Shown here: piece after piece, positions 31,102 to 40,568 of the stretch
Numbering within the stretch: the stretch's first letter is position 1
Layout: each line of letters opens with the position of its first letter
IMG/VR virus record: IMGVR_UViG_2909257012_000006
Span: 1-41,364 of that record
DNA: 41,364 nucleotides
Reading direction: 5' to 3' (one strand)
From: a virus
Taxonomy: Duplodnaviria > Heunggongvirae > Uroviricota > Caudoviricetes
The notes under the pieces: generated by a model
Told to the model about the DNA's origin: nothing
Database searches by the model: none
Seen by the model: the letters and a program-made list of their open reading frames with translations, nothing else
Position numbers and translations under genes: made by a program

Positions 31102-31975
31102 GAACTTTCAGGTAGGTATTATCGTTAAGCAGGAAATCAAATCCCTTTTTGTGCCAGACGGTTCCGCGTTGATGGTTTGGGCGCTCTTCGAACATCCATC
31201 GGCAATTTTCGCCAACGTAGCTCAAATAATTTCTCCAGTCCTGCATCGTGAACCCATGCCCGTCAAGCTGGCGGGTTATCACTCCGGCTTTGCGCCAGAA
31301 CGTTCGGATCTGGTTTTTACGCTTGTCATTCAGTGCGCGGATTCTTGGCGCTTCAGGAAGGATTTCGTGGTAAGCATCGACAACATCCTGACAGCTGACG
31401 GAAGGTTTTTTCTTGTCATACTTTTTGTCTGCTGTGGCACTCTCTAATACGTCAGTATTAGAGATATTATTATTATATTCTTTATCTGTGGTAATTTGCT
31501 GGTAATCTGCTGGTACAGTATTGCTTACAGGCATTGGTATTGCTGGCTTTGAGGTGGTAATTTGCTGGTAATCTGCTGGTACAAAATTTGACTGATAATC
31601 GTCATATTTCTCTACCGAGAAAACTGAGAATTTACCGTGTGAAACCCAGTCAATCATGCCGAGTTTTTTGAACTTTCTAAGCAGGTACTGAACGCGATCT
31701 GGTTTGAGTCCTGTTTCAAACGCCAGAGAGTTTCTACCGCCAAGTAGCTTACCTCTGCCTACCAGAATTTCTCCTGCGTCAGTCATTACATACTCAGGCG
31801 TATGCTTTGCTTTGAGGATTAAGTGAACCCACAGATGTGCTGCTTCTGCGTCCTTGTAAAACGGCACATCCATAATTTTACGGTGCAGCAAGGCATACCC
31901 CTTACCGCTGCTTTGATGCGGTTGTTGTAGCCTTCTGGCCTCTCTGGCTTCGGCTAGATTAGATATGTTACTCAT
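31076..31975 (-). CDS. Replication initiator (lambda O / P22 gene 18 analogue) containing the origin
   Basis: Position between cII and helicase; contains iteron repeats; N-terminal winged-helix-like region. Confidence 0.75.
   Translation of the reverse strand: MSNISNLAEAREARRLQQPHQSSGKGYALLHRKIMDVPFYKDAEAAHLWVHLILKAKHTPEYVMTDAGEILVGRGKLLGGRNSLAFETGLKPDRVQYLLRKFKKLGMIDWVSHGKFSVFSVEKYDDYQSNFVPADYQQITTSKPAIPMPVSNTVPADYQQITTDKEYNNNISNTDVLESATADKKYDKKKPSVSCQDVVDAYHEILPEAPRIRALNDKRKNQIRTFWRKAGVITRQLDGHGFTMQDWRNYLSYVGENCRWMFEERPNHQRGTVWHKKGFDFLLNDNTYLKVREGEHDDR
31488..31584. repeat. Origin iterons: two copies of a 30-bp unit GTGGTAATTTGCTGGTAATCTGCTGGTACA, flanked by AT-rich tract
   Basis: Direct repeats at 31488..31517 and 31555..31584 with related TTGCTGG between; AT-rich run 31458..31486; inside initiator gene as in lambda ori. 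Confidence 0.65.
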
Positions 31976-32114
31976 GACCTTTCTCCTTCTGCATCAGCTT
32001 CACCTTTTCCAACTCAGCCCGGAATCGACCAGGCTGCTTGAAGCTGGACAGGTAGCGATCACGTAGTATGTGTTTGTGAATTTTGTCCTGGTAAGGACTG
32101 AGTTGTTTTGTCAT
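31968..32114 (-). CDS. Small hypothetical ORF between cII and initiator
   Basis: 48 codons with AGGAG RBS; stop overlaps initiator start; not in supplied track (below length cutoff). Confidence 0.35.
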   Translation of the reverse strand: MTKQLSPYQDKIHKHILRDRYLSSFKQPGRFRAELEKVKLMQKEKGHE

Positions 32115-32146
32115 AATGACTCCTGTGGATTGATCCAGTAATTCCC

Positions 32147-32446
32147 TCAGAATTCCATCTGGATTTGTTCAGAACGCTCGGTCTTGCACACCGGGCGTTT
32201 TTTATTGGTGAGTCCATCAAGCGCATACTTAAAAGCCCTGCTAATCGGACTGATGTCTGATGCCATTCCGAAAGCACACAAGACCGAAGCAATAAACCTC
32301 CAGTCCGTTCTGCTTATCTTCGATTCATGACAGCCAATCATCTTTGCCAGACCGCGCTGTGTAAGCGTTGACAGGTTGATGAGTAAATCTGTTTCTGCGC
32401 GATCAACGTCGCGCTGTGATAGTTTGCTGTAACTTGTTTGTTCCAT
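32147..32446 (-). CDS. cII: CII-like transcriptional activator
   Basis: C-terminus [20 protein letters not shown] matches recalled lambda CII tail; 99 aa. Confidence 0.8.
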   Translation of the reverse strand: MEQTSYSKLSQRDVDRAETDLLINLSTLTQRGLAKMIGCHESKISRTDWRFIASVLCAFGMASDISPISRAFKYALDGLTNKKRPVCKTERSEQIQMEF

Positions 32447-32510
32447 TTCTTACTATTTCCATAGGTAAATAATCACTAATACCCATCTTTCGATGAGTGC
32501 TTAATTAGTT

Positions 32511-32545
32511 ACCGCGTTGTCGGCGGTGCAGATTGATAAAGAGCG
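32511..32545 (-). promoter_or_regulatory. nutR (boxA CGCTCTTTA and P22-type boxB hairpin ACCGCCGACAACGCGGT)
   Basis: Read on - strand between cro and cII; boxB matches recalled P22 nutR. Confidence 0.65.
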
Positions 32546-32555
32546 GATCCGCTTA

Positions 32556-32771
32556 TTAAGCGGCTTTGTGTTCCGGCGGGAACACGTCATCAAGACTGAC
32601 TTTTGCGCCTAACTTGTTTAGGCACGCAACAAGAGCACGGCATGTTTTAAGGTCTGGGAAGCGACGACCAGATTCCCAATGTCCGATAGCTCCCTGTGTG
32701 CATCCAACTGCCTTAGCAAGTGTTGTTTGAGAGATATTCAGTGACTCTCGATATTTTCGTAGGTTGCTCAT
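32556..32771 (-). CDS. cro: Cro-like HTH repressor
   Basis: MSNLRKYRESLNISQTTLAKAVGCTQGAIGHWESGRRFP HTH; GGAGG RBS; divergent from cI. Confidence 0.75.
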   Translation of the reverse strand: MSNLRKYRESLNISQTTLAKAVGCTQGAIGHWESGRRFPDLKTCRALVACLNKLGAKVSLDDVFPPEHKAA

Positions 32772-32888
32772 ATGCCCTCCATAGTAACCATGAAACAATA
32801 ATACGATATGTACTTTTGGAATGCAAACAAAAAATACATCTTGTGCATGGATGGTTTTAGTACAGAGCGTAATAATAAGGATATGAAA
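32772..32888. promoter_or_regulatory. Divergent OR/pR/pRM control region between cro and cI
   Basis: 117-bp intergenic region between divergent repressor genes with partial inverted repeats; operators not resolved. Confidence 0.4.
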
Positions 32889-33542
32889 ATGAAATGGTAT
32901 GAACTGGCTAGATCCAGAATGAAAGAGCTCGGCATAACTCAAGAGAAGTTAGCTGAAGAGCTTGGTATGACGCAGGGTGGAATTGGTCACTGGTTGCGCG
33001 GATCTCGTCATCCATCTCTTGACGAGATTGGTGTGGTATTTAAATACCTTGGTATTGATAACGTCTCATTCAACCACGACGGTACATTTTCACCTGTTGG
33101 CGAATACTCATCTGCCCCCGTTAAAAAACAATATGAGTACCCTGTTTTTTCTCATGTTCAGGCCGGGATGTTCTCGCCTGAGCTTAGAACCTTTACCAAA
33201 GGTGATGCGGAGAGATGGGTTAGCACAACCAAAAAAGCCAGTGATTGTGCGTTTTGGCTTGAAGTTGAAGGTAATTCCATGACCGCGCCAACAGGATCCA
33301 AGCCAAGCTTTCCTGACGGGATGTTAATTCTCGTTGACCCTGAGCAGGCTGTTGAGCCAGGTGATTTCTGCATAGCCAGACTTGGTGGTGACGAGTTTAC
33401 CTTCAAGAAACTGATCAGGGATAGCGGTCAGGTGTTCCTACAACCACTAAACCCGCAATATCCAATGATCCCATGCAATGATAGCTGTTCCGTAGTAGGG
33501 AAAGTTATCGCCAGCCAGTGGCCTGAAGAGACATTTAGTTAA
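32889..33542 (+). CDS. cI: CI prophage repressor: novel N-terminal HTH domain fused to lambda-CI-type C-terminal S24 domain
   Basis: C-terminal ~130 aa ([39 protein letters not shown]...) near-identical to recalled lambda CI; N-terminal HTH differs. Confidence 0.9.
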   Translation: MKWYELARSRMKELGITQEKLAEELGMTQGGIGHWLRGSRHPSLDEIGVVFKYLGIDNVSFNHDGTFSPVGEYSSAPVKKQYEYPVFSHVQAGMFSPELRTFTKGDAERWVSTTKKASDCAFWLEVEGNSMTAPTGSKPSFPDGMLILVDPEQAVEPGDFCIARLGGDEFTFKKLIRDSGQVFLQPLNPQYPMIPCNDSCSVVGKVIASQWPEETFS

Positions 33543-33574
33543 CCGCCTCACCGCCATAAAACACACAACAATAA

Positions 33575-33604
33575 CCCGACCTTAGCGTCGGGTTTTCTTT
33601 TTCC
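33575..33604 (+). terminator. Rho-independent terminator downstream of cI
   Basis: CCCGAC-cttagc-GTCGGG followed by TTTTCTTTTTCC. Confidence 0.7.
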
Positions 33605-33667
33605 AAAATATAAATCAATAAAATACAAAGTGTTATAAAAAACCAACCATATTTAGAACATTTTGTA

Positions 33668-33696
33668 TTGACTCAATAAAGTACACATCGTACTAT
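33668..33696 (+). promoter_or_regulatory. pL-like sigma70 promoter (TTGACT-17 bp-TACTAT)
   Basis: Near-consensus hexamers with 17-bp spacer, immediately upstream of nutL. Confidence 0.7.
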
Positions 33697-33741
33697 TTAG
33701 CCATCAGCAGGAAGCTGGAAGCCAAACGGAACAGATTGGCA

Positions 33742-33776
33742 GGCTCTTTAACTTCGATGGGGCGCTGACAAAGCGC
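33742..33776 (+). promoter_or_regulatory. nutL (boxA GGCTCTTTA and P22-type boxB GCGCTGACAAAGCGC)
   Basis: boxB identical to recalled P22 nutL boxB; located downstream of pL. Confidence 0.7.
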
Positions 33777-33804
33777 AAACAGATACCAAACGAGATGGGT
33801 TTGG

Positions 33805-33887
33805 CGGTGTGTAGCTCAGCAGGTAGAGCGGATTCGTTGGCTAAGCCGTGGAATCGCGTCACCAGTTCAAGTCTGGTCACACCACCA
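33805..33887 (+). ncRNA. tRNA-like element with canonical acceptor, D and T arms but a 15-nt loop in place of the anticodon loop
   Basis: Hand fold: acceptor CGGTGTG/CACACCA (6/7 bp), D-arm GCTC-AGCAGGTA-GAGC, 5-bp stem GATTC/GAATC enclosing GTTGGCTAAGCCGTG, variable GCGTC, T-arm ACCAG-TTCAAGT-CTGGT; no encoded CCA in register. Confidence 0.45.
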
Positions 33888-33913
33888 AAGCCATTTCACA
33901 TGGAGAAAAGAAA

Positions 33914-34033
33914 ATGCTGGAAATTATCACCAACCCAATTCTCGGTGGGGCAATCATCACTTTCGCAATCGGCATCGGATTCACTATCTGGTCTGAAGTA
34001 GATGACTGGATGTGGGAGCGCAAAAACAAATAA
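33914..34033 (+). CDS. 39-aa single-pass membrane peptide
   Basis: GGAG RBS 8 nt upstream; MLEIITNPILGGAIITFAIGIGFTIWSEVDDWMWERKNK has one hydrophobic helix and charged tail. Confidence 0.4.
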   Translation: MLEIITNPILGGAIITFAIGIGFTIWSEVDDWMWERKNK

Positions 34034-34073
34034 TCATCGACACACATTCATGTGTGTCTTCACGGAGGTCATC

Positions 34074-34388
34074 ATGACGGTAATCGTATACGGAAAATCA
34101 ACATTTGCAGGAAATGCCAAAACTCGCCGTCATGAGCGGCGCAGAAAGCTGGCTATCGAGCGTGATTCCATCTGCAACATCATCGATTCGATCTTCGGCA
34201 CAGACAGTGAGGAAGCTGTTCAGGAAGAACCGAGAAAGCGTTTAAGCCTTTCTGAAAAAGCAATATCACTCGGCATCATTAGTAAATCAAATACAGATGC
34301 GAATGGCGGAAGCGTTTGCCTGCCCGAAGTTGCACTGTATGCTGCTGGTTACAGGTCAATGAAATCAATTACTGCGAGATATAAATGA
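34074..34388 (+). CDS. N-type antiterminator (P22 gene 24-like)
   Basis: MTVIVYGKSTFAGNAKTRRHERRRKLAIERD arginine-rich motif matches recalled P22 gp24; GGAGG RBS. Confidence 0.85.
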   Translation: MTVIVYGKSTFAGNAKTRRHERRRKLAIERDSICNIIDSIFGTDSEEAVQEEPRKRLSLSEKAISLGIISKSNTDANGGSVCLPEVALYAAGYRSMKSITARYK

Positions 34389-34651
34389 CTAGTAAACAAG
34401 TATCATATAAATGCTATTGCCCTTTATGTGGAAGAAAATTCAGCGCCAAGGCAGCATGGAAGCATATCAATGATTATCATCCAAAAGCATCAGAACGTGA
34501 GTTGATGATGATAAGAGATGTAAAACGAGAAAAAATTTCTTTCGCAACAAAGCCACTAAACGCCAACAAAAACGCAATATTGTATCAAATGCATCGTTCA
34601 AGTGGTCCAGATTATTCTGGAGGTCTTCCATCTCTTGGAAAGAAAAAATAA
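34385..34651 (+). CDS. Small protein with C2H2-type zinc-finger motif
   Basis: YKCYCPLCGRKFSAKAAWKHINDYH (C-x2-C-x12-H-x4-H); start overlaps N stop (ATGA). Confidence 0.6.
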   Translation: MTSKQVSYKCYCPLCGRKFSAKAAWKHINDYHPKASERELMMIRDVKREKISFATKPLNANKNAILYQMHRSSGPDYSGGLPSLGKKK

Positions 34652-34784
34652 CCACGCTCACGCTGGTTTTTAATGACATAAATAACCGTATTTACTACCG
34701 CAAGCCACGCAGTGAAATGGGTGTGACTTGTGTTGGTCGCCAGAAAATGAAATTAGGCAGCAAACCACTTATTTGAGGTGAGAT

Positions 34785-35108
34785 ATGGAAGCATTAGTAG
34801 TAGAGCGAAGCGAGGATGGCTACTGGACGCACCCAGAATACGCCAACCTGTTTGGGGATAGAGAGGTAATTTCAGCTGATGAGTTCAGATCTTTCTGCAA
34901 GCAGCATGGCATTGAATCATCAATTGTTGAAATGGAAAACGACAACAATCAAACGGTAATTGACGCGTATTTTGAAGATGGGAATCCAAACATCAGTGGA
35001 TGGGAGCCAAGCATGCCAGATGGAGAAGGATGGTTTGTCGGTTCGATTCACGATACAGAAGACGGTCCGATCTGCGTTTGGTTCAGGAATGTAGATAAGG
35101 CCGCATAG
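34785..35108 (+). CDS. Hypothetical acidic protein
   Basis: 107-aa ORF with GAGGTGAG RBS; stop lies in terminator loop. Confidence 0.55.
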   Translation: MEALVVERSEDGYWTHPEYANLFGDREVISADEFRSFCKQHGIESSIVEMENDNNQTVIDAYFEDGNPNISGWEPSMPDGEGWFVGSIHDTEDGPICVWFRNVDKAA

Positions 35109-35122
35109 TCGGCCTTTATTTT
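35098..35122 (+). terminator. Rho-independent terminator
   Basis: AGGCCG-catagt-CGGCCT followed by TTATTTTT. Confidence 0.65.
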
Positions 35123-35207
35123 TGGCACTAACAACTGAAGTGGTTTACTGAATTTGGCCACCTGAACAGAGGTGATATGCTCACCTCAGAACAACACAGG
35201 TGCCATA

Positions 35208-36355
<1,148 letters not shown>

Positions 36356-36405
36356 CTCGGTGGCCAGTTTTTGTTGACCACTTCAAACAGAATAAACACT
36401 GCACT

Positions 36406-36433
36406 GTGTATTCATTCCAACGAGTGAATACAC
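36406..36433. repeat. 9-bp-stem inverted repeat GTGTATTCA-N10-TGAATACAC
   Basis: Seen directly just right of IS911 copy 2; no T-run; function unknown. Confidence 0.35.
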
Positions 36434-36495
36434 GGAGCAATGTCGCTCGTAACTAAACAGGAGCCGACTTGTTCTGATTATTGGAAATCTTCTTT

Positions 36496-36519
36496 GCCCT
36501 CCAGTGTGAGGGCTTTTTT
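36496..36519 (+). terminator. Rho-independent terminator
   Basis: GCCCTC-cagtgt-GAGGGC followed by TTTTTT. Confidence 0.65.
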
Positions 36520-36585
36520 ATATGCATACCAATAACGCTTCACTCGAGGCGTTTTCGTTATGCAATCAAACAGAAGGAGCATCCT

Positions 36586-36756
36586 ATGCAACAGTTCGCT
36601 ATTGCAGGGGCGGCATCGGTTCGCCCTTTCAACCCGATTTTATCGGTACAGCATTCACGAAAAAATATTTTAACCGGAGCAGACTTTAAACAACCAAGAA
36701 TGAAAAGCTTGCTCGAAAAGCTTTGGGATATTTTGAAACAACAAGGCCGTCCATGA
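36586..36756 (+). CDS. Small hypothetical protein
   Basis: 56 aa from ATG with AAGGAG RBS. Confidence 0.5.
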   Translation: MQQFAIAGAASVRPFNPILSVQHSRKNILTGADFKQPRMKSLLEKLWDILKQQGRP

Positions 36757-36860
36757 GTTTTACAGATAACTGGTCAGACGAAGAATTCATTCGTCTGATG
36801 AACAAAATGCTCAATCAGCACAAAGAACAGGAGAAAGATGATGATTCTGACTCTGAATGA
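36753..36860 (+). CDS. Small acidic hypothetical protein (35 aa)
   Basis: ATGA overlap with upstream stop; below track length cutoff; weak support. Confidence 0.35.
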   Translation: MSFTDNWSDEEFIRLMNKMLNQHKEQEKDDDSDSE

Positions 36861-37149
36861 TAAGCGTGAAATATCGCAAATAATCGCAAGTTTTACTGAT
36901 GAAGATTACGAACGAATCAACAGTGAAGTTAATCGCCTCTGCAAACGTTGCGACCCAATAAGCGAAATGCTTCGCTCATATAAACCAGATGAACACACTA
37001 AGGACGCTATCGACTGGCTGGAAGATTATGACTGTAACTATCAGGAAAAAGCCGCTGAATGGTTCTGGGATGCAATAACCGAAAGAGTTAAGGCTGAATA
37101 TGCCTTCGCAATATTCAAACGCAGACATATTTATGGAGAAGCTGCATGA
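36838..37149 (+). CDS. Hypothetical protein upstream of recT
   Basis: 103-aa ORF; stop overlaps recT start. Confidence 0.5.
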   Translation: MMILTLNDKREISQIIASFTDEDYERINSEVNRLCKRCDPISEMLRSYKPDEHTKDAIDWLEDYDCNYQEKAAEWFWDAITERVKAEYAFAIFKRRHIYGEAA

Positions 37150-38048
37150 GCAATATCGTTGAATTCGTTAAACAGCAAGAGCAGTTATTCTGCGGAGCAT
37201 TGACTGAACAGACGGTGACATGGGCTAAGGAAAGCCAGTTTGCAATTCAGTATTTCCAGAAAAATGATTACCTGGCTAAAACGGCACTGGCAAATCCAAC
37301 CAGCGCACAGAACGCCATCATCAATGTTGCGGCGATCGGCATCACCTTAAACCCGGCCAGCAAACTTGCTTATCTAGTTCCGCGCGACGGCATGGTTTGC
37401 CTTGATATCAGCTATATGGGATTACTTCACCTTGCACAGTCGACAGGATCAATTAAGTGGGGGCAATGCAAACTGGTGTACTCAAACGACACCTATGAAT
37501 CAAACGGCCTTGATTCAGCACCAACCCACAAATACAACGCATTTGGTGAGCGAGGCTCTATTGTTGGTGGTTATTGTACGGTTAAAACAGCAGATGGTGA
37601 CTACCTCACTGAAGAAATGAGTCTGGCAGAAATTAAAGCAGTGGAAGCAACGAGCAAGGCAAAGAATGGACCGTGGAAAACATTCTGGGAAGAGATGGCA
37701 CGTAAAACAATAGTTAAACGCGCCAGCAAATACTGGCCTAAAGCCCAGCGACTGGATAATGCCATTCACCTGCTTAACGAAGATGAAGGTATGCATCAGG
37801 AACCAGTTATGCCGCACAAATCAGAGGAAGATATCCGCGAAGATGAACGGAAACGCCAGCAGGAAATAATGGGAAAAGCACAACTTCTTTGTGATGAAAT
37901 GGCTCAGGCAGAAAACATGGATGATTTGAAGCGATATTTTGCAGAAGCATATCGCCTGACATCTGGAATGAAATTGCAGCAGAACGTACAAGCCATTTAC
38001 ATAGAATGCAAAGCGAAACTGGAGGTTGCCAGTGAGCAAACTATATGA
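37146..38048 (+). CDS. recT: RecT-family single-strand annealing recombinase
   Basis: 300 aa; RecT-type core (GSIVGGYCTVKTADGDY...WKTFWEEMARKTIVKR). Confidence 0.85.
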   Translation: MSNIVEFVKQQEQLFCGALTEQTVTWAKESQFAIQYFQKNDYLAKTALANPTSAQNAIINVAAIGITLNPASKLAYLVPRDGMVCLDISYMGLLHLAQSTGSIKWGQCKLVYSNDTYESNGLDSAPTHKYNAFGERGSIVGGYCTVKTADGDYLTEEMSLAEIKAVEATSKAKNGPWKTFWEEMARKTIVKRASKYWPKAQRLDNAIHLLNEDEGMHQEPVMPHKSEEDIREDERKRQQEIMGKAQLLCDEMAQAENMDDLKRYFAEAYRLTSGMKLQQNVQAIYIECKAKLEVASEQTI

Positions 38049-38514
38049 AATAGCCAATGAATACGCAAAATTGATGGATTCAGATTTAGAGCCAGAGATG
38101 ATTGCTGACACAATAGAAGGCATGGAAGGAGAATTTACCGATAAAATAGAGCAACTTCTTGCCATTATTAAAAATGAATCTGGTTATGCTGAACGCCTCA
38201 AGGACGAGGCAAAATCACTGAATGAACGAGCCGCAGTAATTCAAAATAAGATTGACAGCATTATGGCGTATATAGCGTCATCGCTTGAAATGGTTGGCAA
38301 GAAAAAGATTCGAGCGGGTATTCACCAGGTAACAATCCGCAAACCGTCAGAAACTGTAGAAATCATCGACTCAAGCGCCCTTCCTCCTGAATACGTTGAG
38401 TTTGAAACGACAATTAAAGCCGACAAACTGGCAATCAAACACCAACTAAAAGCAGGAATAAATATCCCCGGCGCTCAACTCAAAGTTGGGAAACCTTCAC
38501 TTCTTATCAAATAA
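38032..38514 (+). CDS. Gp157-like protein (Sipho_Gp157 family)
   Basis: GTG start with GGAGG RBS; coiled-coil-like N-terminus; family assignment from recall, moderate. Confidence 0.5.
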   Translation: MSKLYEIANEYAKLMDSDLEPEMIADTIEGMEGEFTDKIEQLLAIIKNESGYAERLKDEAKSLNERAAVIQNKIDSIMAYIASSLEMVGKKKIRAGIHQVTIRKPSETVEIIDSSALPPEYVEFETTIKADKLAIKHQLKAGINIPGAQLKVGKPSLLIK

Positions 38515-38525
38515 CGGTATCGCCT

Positions 38526-38840
38526 ATGAAAAAGACTCCATGGGAGAAATGGGAAGTCGATTTCTTACGCGAAGTAGCGGCGACAATGCCAGTTGAAGTT
38601 ATCGCAGAAAAACTGGAAAGGACTGAAAAAGCAGTAATGGCGAAAGCAACAAGGATTGGCGCTGACATTGTTAGCCGACTTCGTGGAAGACGCTGGACAA
38701 GAGCCGAAGTATCACTTTTCGGTAAGTTCTCCGCAGAAGAAATAGCAATTGCAACCTGCCGCTCAATTTATTCAGTAAGAGCTATGCGATACAAGCTAAA
38801 AAAACTCGATGAAGAAAGAGCAGGCATACGAATAAATTAA
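38526..38840 (+). CDS. Hypothetical protein
   Basis: 104-aa ORF in operon context. Confidence 0.5.
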   Translation: MKKTPWEKWEVDFLREVAATMPVEVIAEKLERTEKAVMAKATRIGADIVSRLRGRRWTRAEVSLFGKFSAEEIAIATCRSIYSVRAMRYKLKKLDEERAGIRIN

Positions 38841-38856
38841 CAAAGAGGAATTTACC

Positions 38857-39021
38857 ATGAGAGGACTTGCATACAATCCCGGCATTCTTCCGGCAGAAAT
38901 GATTATTCGCCAACGCGTAAAGCCAATGCCATCGAGAGAGGAATTGCTTAAGAGAAATTCTTTTCCATCAGTGAATCAAAACAAATATCTGAATGCGATG
39001 TGGAGGAGTGGGAAGAAATGA
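38857..39021 (+). CDS. Small hypothetical protein (54 aa)
   Basis: AGAGGA RBS; stop overlaps next start (ATGA); below track cutoff. Confidence 0.35.
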   Translation: MRGLAYNPGILPAEMIIRQRVKPMPSREELLKRNSFPSVNQNKYLNAMWRSGKK

Positions 39022-39527
39022 AACAAATGTCACTAATTGAGATGGATGGATTTCTGAAAGGTAAATGCATCCCACGAGATTTAAAGGTTAACGAAACAAA
39101 CGCTGAATATCTTGTCCGTAAGTTCGGTGAACTTGAATCAAAACTGGAAACGGCGTTGCGGGAGTGTCGTTCTGCTGGAATCACGATTGATAACCTTGAG
39201 GCCAAGTGCGCGGCGCTGGCAGCGGAGAGTGTGGGGATGAAGAAGTTCTGCAAAGACGCTGCATTCGATGCCGATTACGAAGCAGAGCTAGGTATGGAGC
39301 GTGGTGGATTCAGTGATGCGCTTAACGAAATCAAAACCCCAGCCACCGATGCTTTCCTGTCTGAAGTGCGGGCGCAGGGCGTGGAGATGCTGGCAAAAAA
39401 TCATCAGAGTATCGTCAATGCACTTAAGGGAGATTCTTTATTTTCTGATGGTGAATACCTGCATGCAGCTATTGTTTCCGCAGCTGTATATTTCGCTGCA
39501 GAGCTTCGCAAAGGAGGCAACCAGTGA
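39018..39527 (+). CDS. Hypothetical protein
   Basis: 170-aa ORF, translationally coupled to neighbours. Confidence 0.5.
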   Translation: MKQMSLIEMDGFLKGKCIPRDLKVNETNAEYLVRKFGELESKLETALRECRSAGITIDNLEAKCAALAAESVGMKKFCKDAAFDADYEAELGMERGGFSDALNEIKTPATDAFLSEVRAQGVEMLAKNHQSIVNALKGDSLFSDGEYLHAAIVSAAVYFAAELRKGGNQ

Positions 39528-39778
39528 GTAATTCAGCACGACTACAGCTTGGTTTTTCACCGCTATCAAAAACTATCATGCTGGCAAAAATGCGCTATGT
39601 TGAAGGTGGACGTATGCGCGTTGGCAATGATCCAGGTCGTGATGTTACCAATGAGGCTGCTCAATTGGTGTGGCGACTGGTCATGGCTGAAGGTGGTGAG
39701 ATCGCGTGGGAGCTGGATGATGGTTCTCGCATGGTGTTGAAGGCAGAAAAGCAGGAGGCAACCAGTGAGCAAGATTGA
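39524..39778 (+). CDS. Hypothetical protein
   Basis: 84-aa ORF, overlapping stops/starts. Confidence 0.45.
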   Translation: MSNSARLQLGFSPLSKTIMLAKMRYVEGGRMRVGNDPGRDVTNEAAQLVWRLVMAEGGEIAWELDDGSRMVLKAEKQEATSEQD

Positions 39779-40454
39779 TTATCAGGCACTGCGTGCTAAG
39801 GCAGAAAAAGCAACGTGTGGCGAGTGGTCGCTCGAATATGGAGAGAGCCGATTTGATGGTGATGATGCGCTAATTCATCGTGAAGTTGCTGGATATATTC
39901 CCATTTGCAGAATTGAAGGAGCGCATCCAGAAAGCGGTTTCGATGAAGATTTCCAAATGGAACAGCAGGCCAATGCTGAATTCATCGCCGCAGCCAATCC
40001 GGCTACCGTCTTGGCACTGCTGGATGAACGGGAAAGAAACCAGCAATACATAAAACACCGCGACCAGGAGAACGAGGAGATTGCGCTTACGGTTGGGAAG
40101 CTGCGCGTTGAGCTGGAAGCGGCAAAAAAACGCATAGCAGAACCGGAAGCCGAACCTGTAAGCCAAACTTACAAGTTGCACGAGCTATCGGGCAACTCTC
40201 CGGTAACTCCGGATGGTTGGATAAGCTGTAGTGAGCGAATGCCAGAAATGGGAGAGCGACAATGCTATGTGTTAGCAGCTGACTTTAAAAACAACTACCC
40301 ACCAAACATCCCCAACACTCAGGTCGGCGTATATGTCGACTGGTTTAATGATGGCAATCCAACTTGGGATGACGGTGATGGCGAAGACCTGTATCTCAAA
40401 GAGGTAACCCACTGGATGCCTCTACCAGAACCGCCTCGATTAAAGGAGCTATAA
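39765..40454 (+). CDS. Ead/Ea22-like protein with C-terminal DUF551-type motif
   Basis: C-terminal THWMPLPEPP motif; 229 aa; common lambdoid early-region family. Confidence 0.6.
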   Translation: MSKIDYQALRAKAEKATCGEWSLEYGESRFDGDDALIHREVAGYIPICRIEGAHPESGFDEDFQMEQQANAEFIAAANPATVLALLDERERNQQYIKHRDQENEEIALTVGKLRVELEAAKKRIAEPEAEPVSQTYKLHELSGNSPVTPDGWISCSERMPEMGERQCYVLAADFKNNYPPNIPNTQVGVYVDWFNDGNPTWDDGDGEDLYLKEVTHWMPLPEPPRLKEL

Positions 40455-40568
40455 TAGTGAACTATTATATCTATTTGTATTAAAAGAGTTTTTATAAAAT
40501 AAATCTTCCAAAGCATGTAAAAACACTGTTAATCTTAACGTGTGTGAAACGTGAAGAGAGGTGTTGAA

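Noticed and set aside
30389-31447. ORFs on + strand within the helicase and initiator genes (30389..30652, 30622..30849, 30744..31115, 31088..31447)
   Set aside because: Antisense to strongly supported DnaB-like and O-like genes.
31488-31584. CRISPR-like direct repeats
   Set aside because: Only two 30-bp units with internal sub-repeats, inside a coding gene, no spacers and no cas genes. These are origin iterons.
32059-32292. 77-aa ORF overlapping cII
   Set aside because: Out-of-frame overlap with the CII-like gene, which has a recognisable conserved C-terminus.
32808-32888. cI start at 32808 as in the track
   Set aside because: No RBS; the region is the divergent operator/promoter. The ATG at 32889 with AGGA at proper spacing gives a repressor of lambda-CI-like length.
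33805-33887. Canonical tRNA gene
   Set aside because: Acceptor, D and T arms are present, but the anticodon stem encloses 15 nt instead of 7 and no CCA is encoded in register. Kept as a tRNA-like ncRNA only.
33795-34001. ORFs 33795..34001 and 33848..34033 as long proteins spanning the tRNA-like element
   Set aside because: Upstream portions overlap the structured RNA and lack an RBS. Only the 3' 39 codons with a GGAG RBS were retained as a possible peptide gene.
21951-35135. Inversion of the segment between the two inverted IS911 copies
   Set aside because: Gene order on both sides is colinear with P22-like phages (Q-lysis-orf80-terS-portal, and cI-N-recombination-xis-int), so no inversion has occurred in this sequence.
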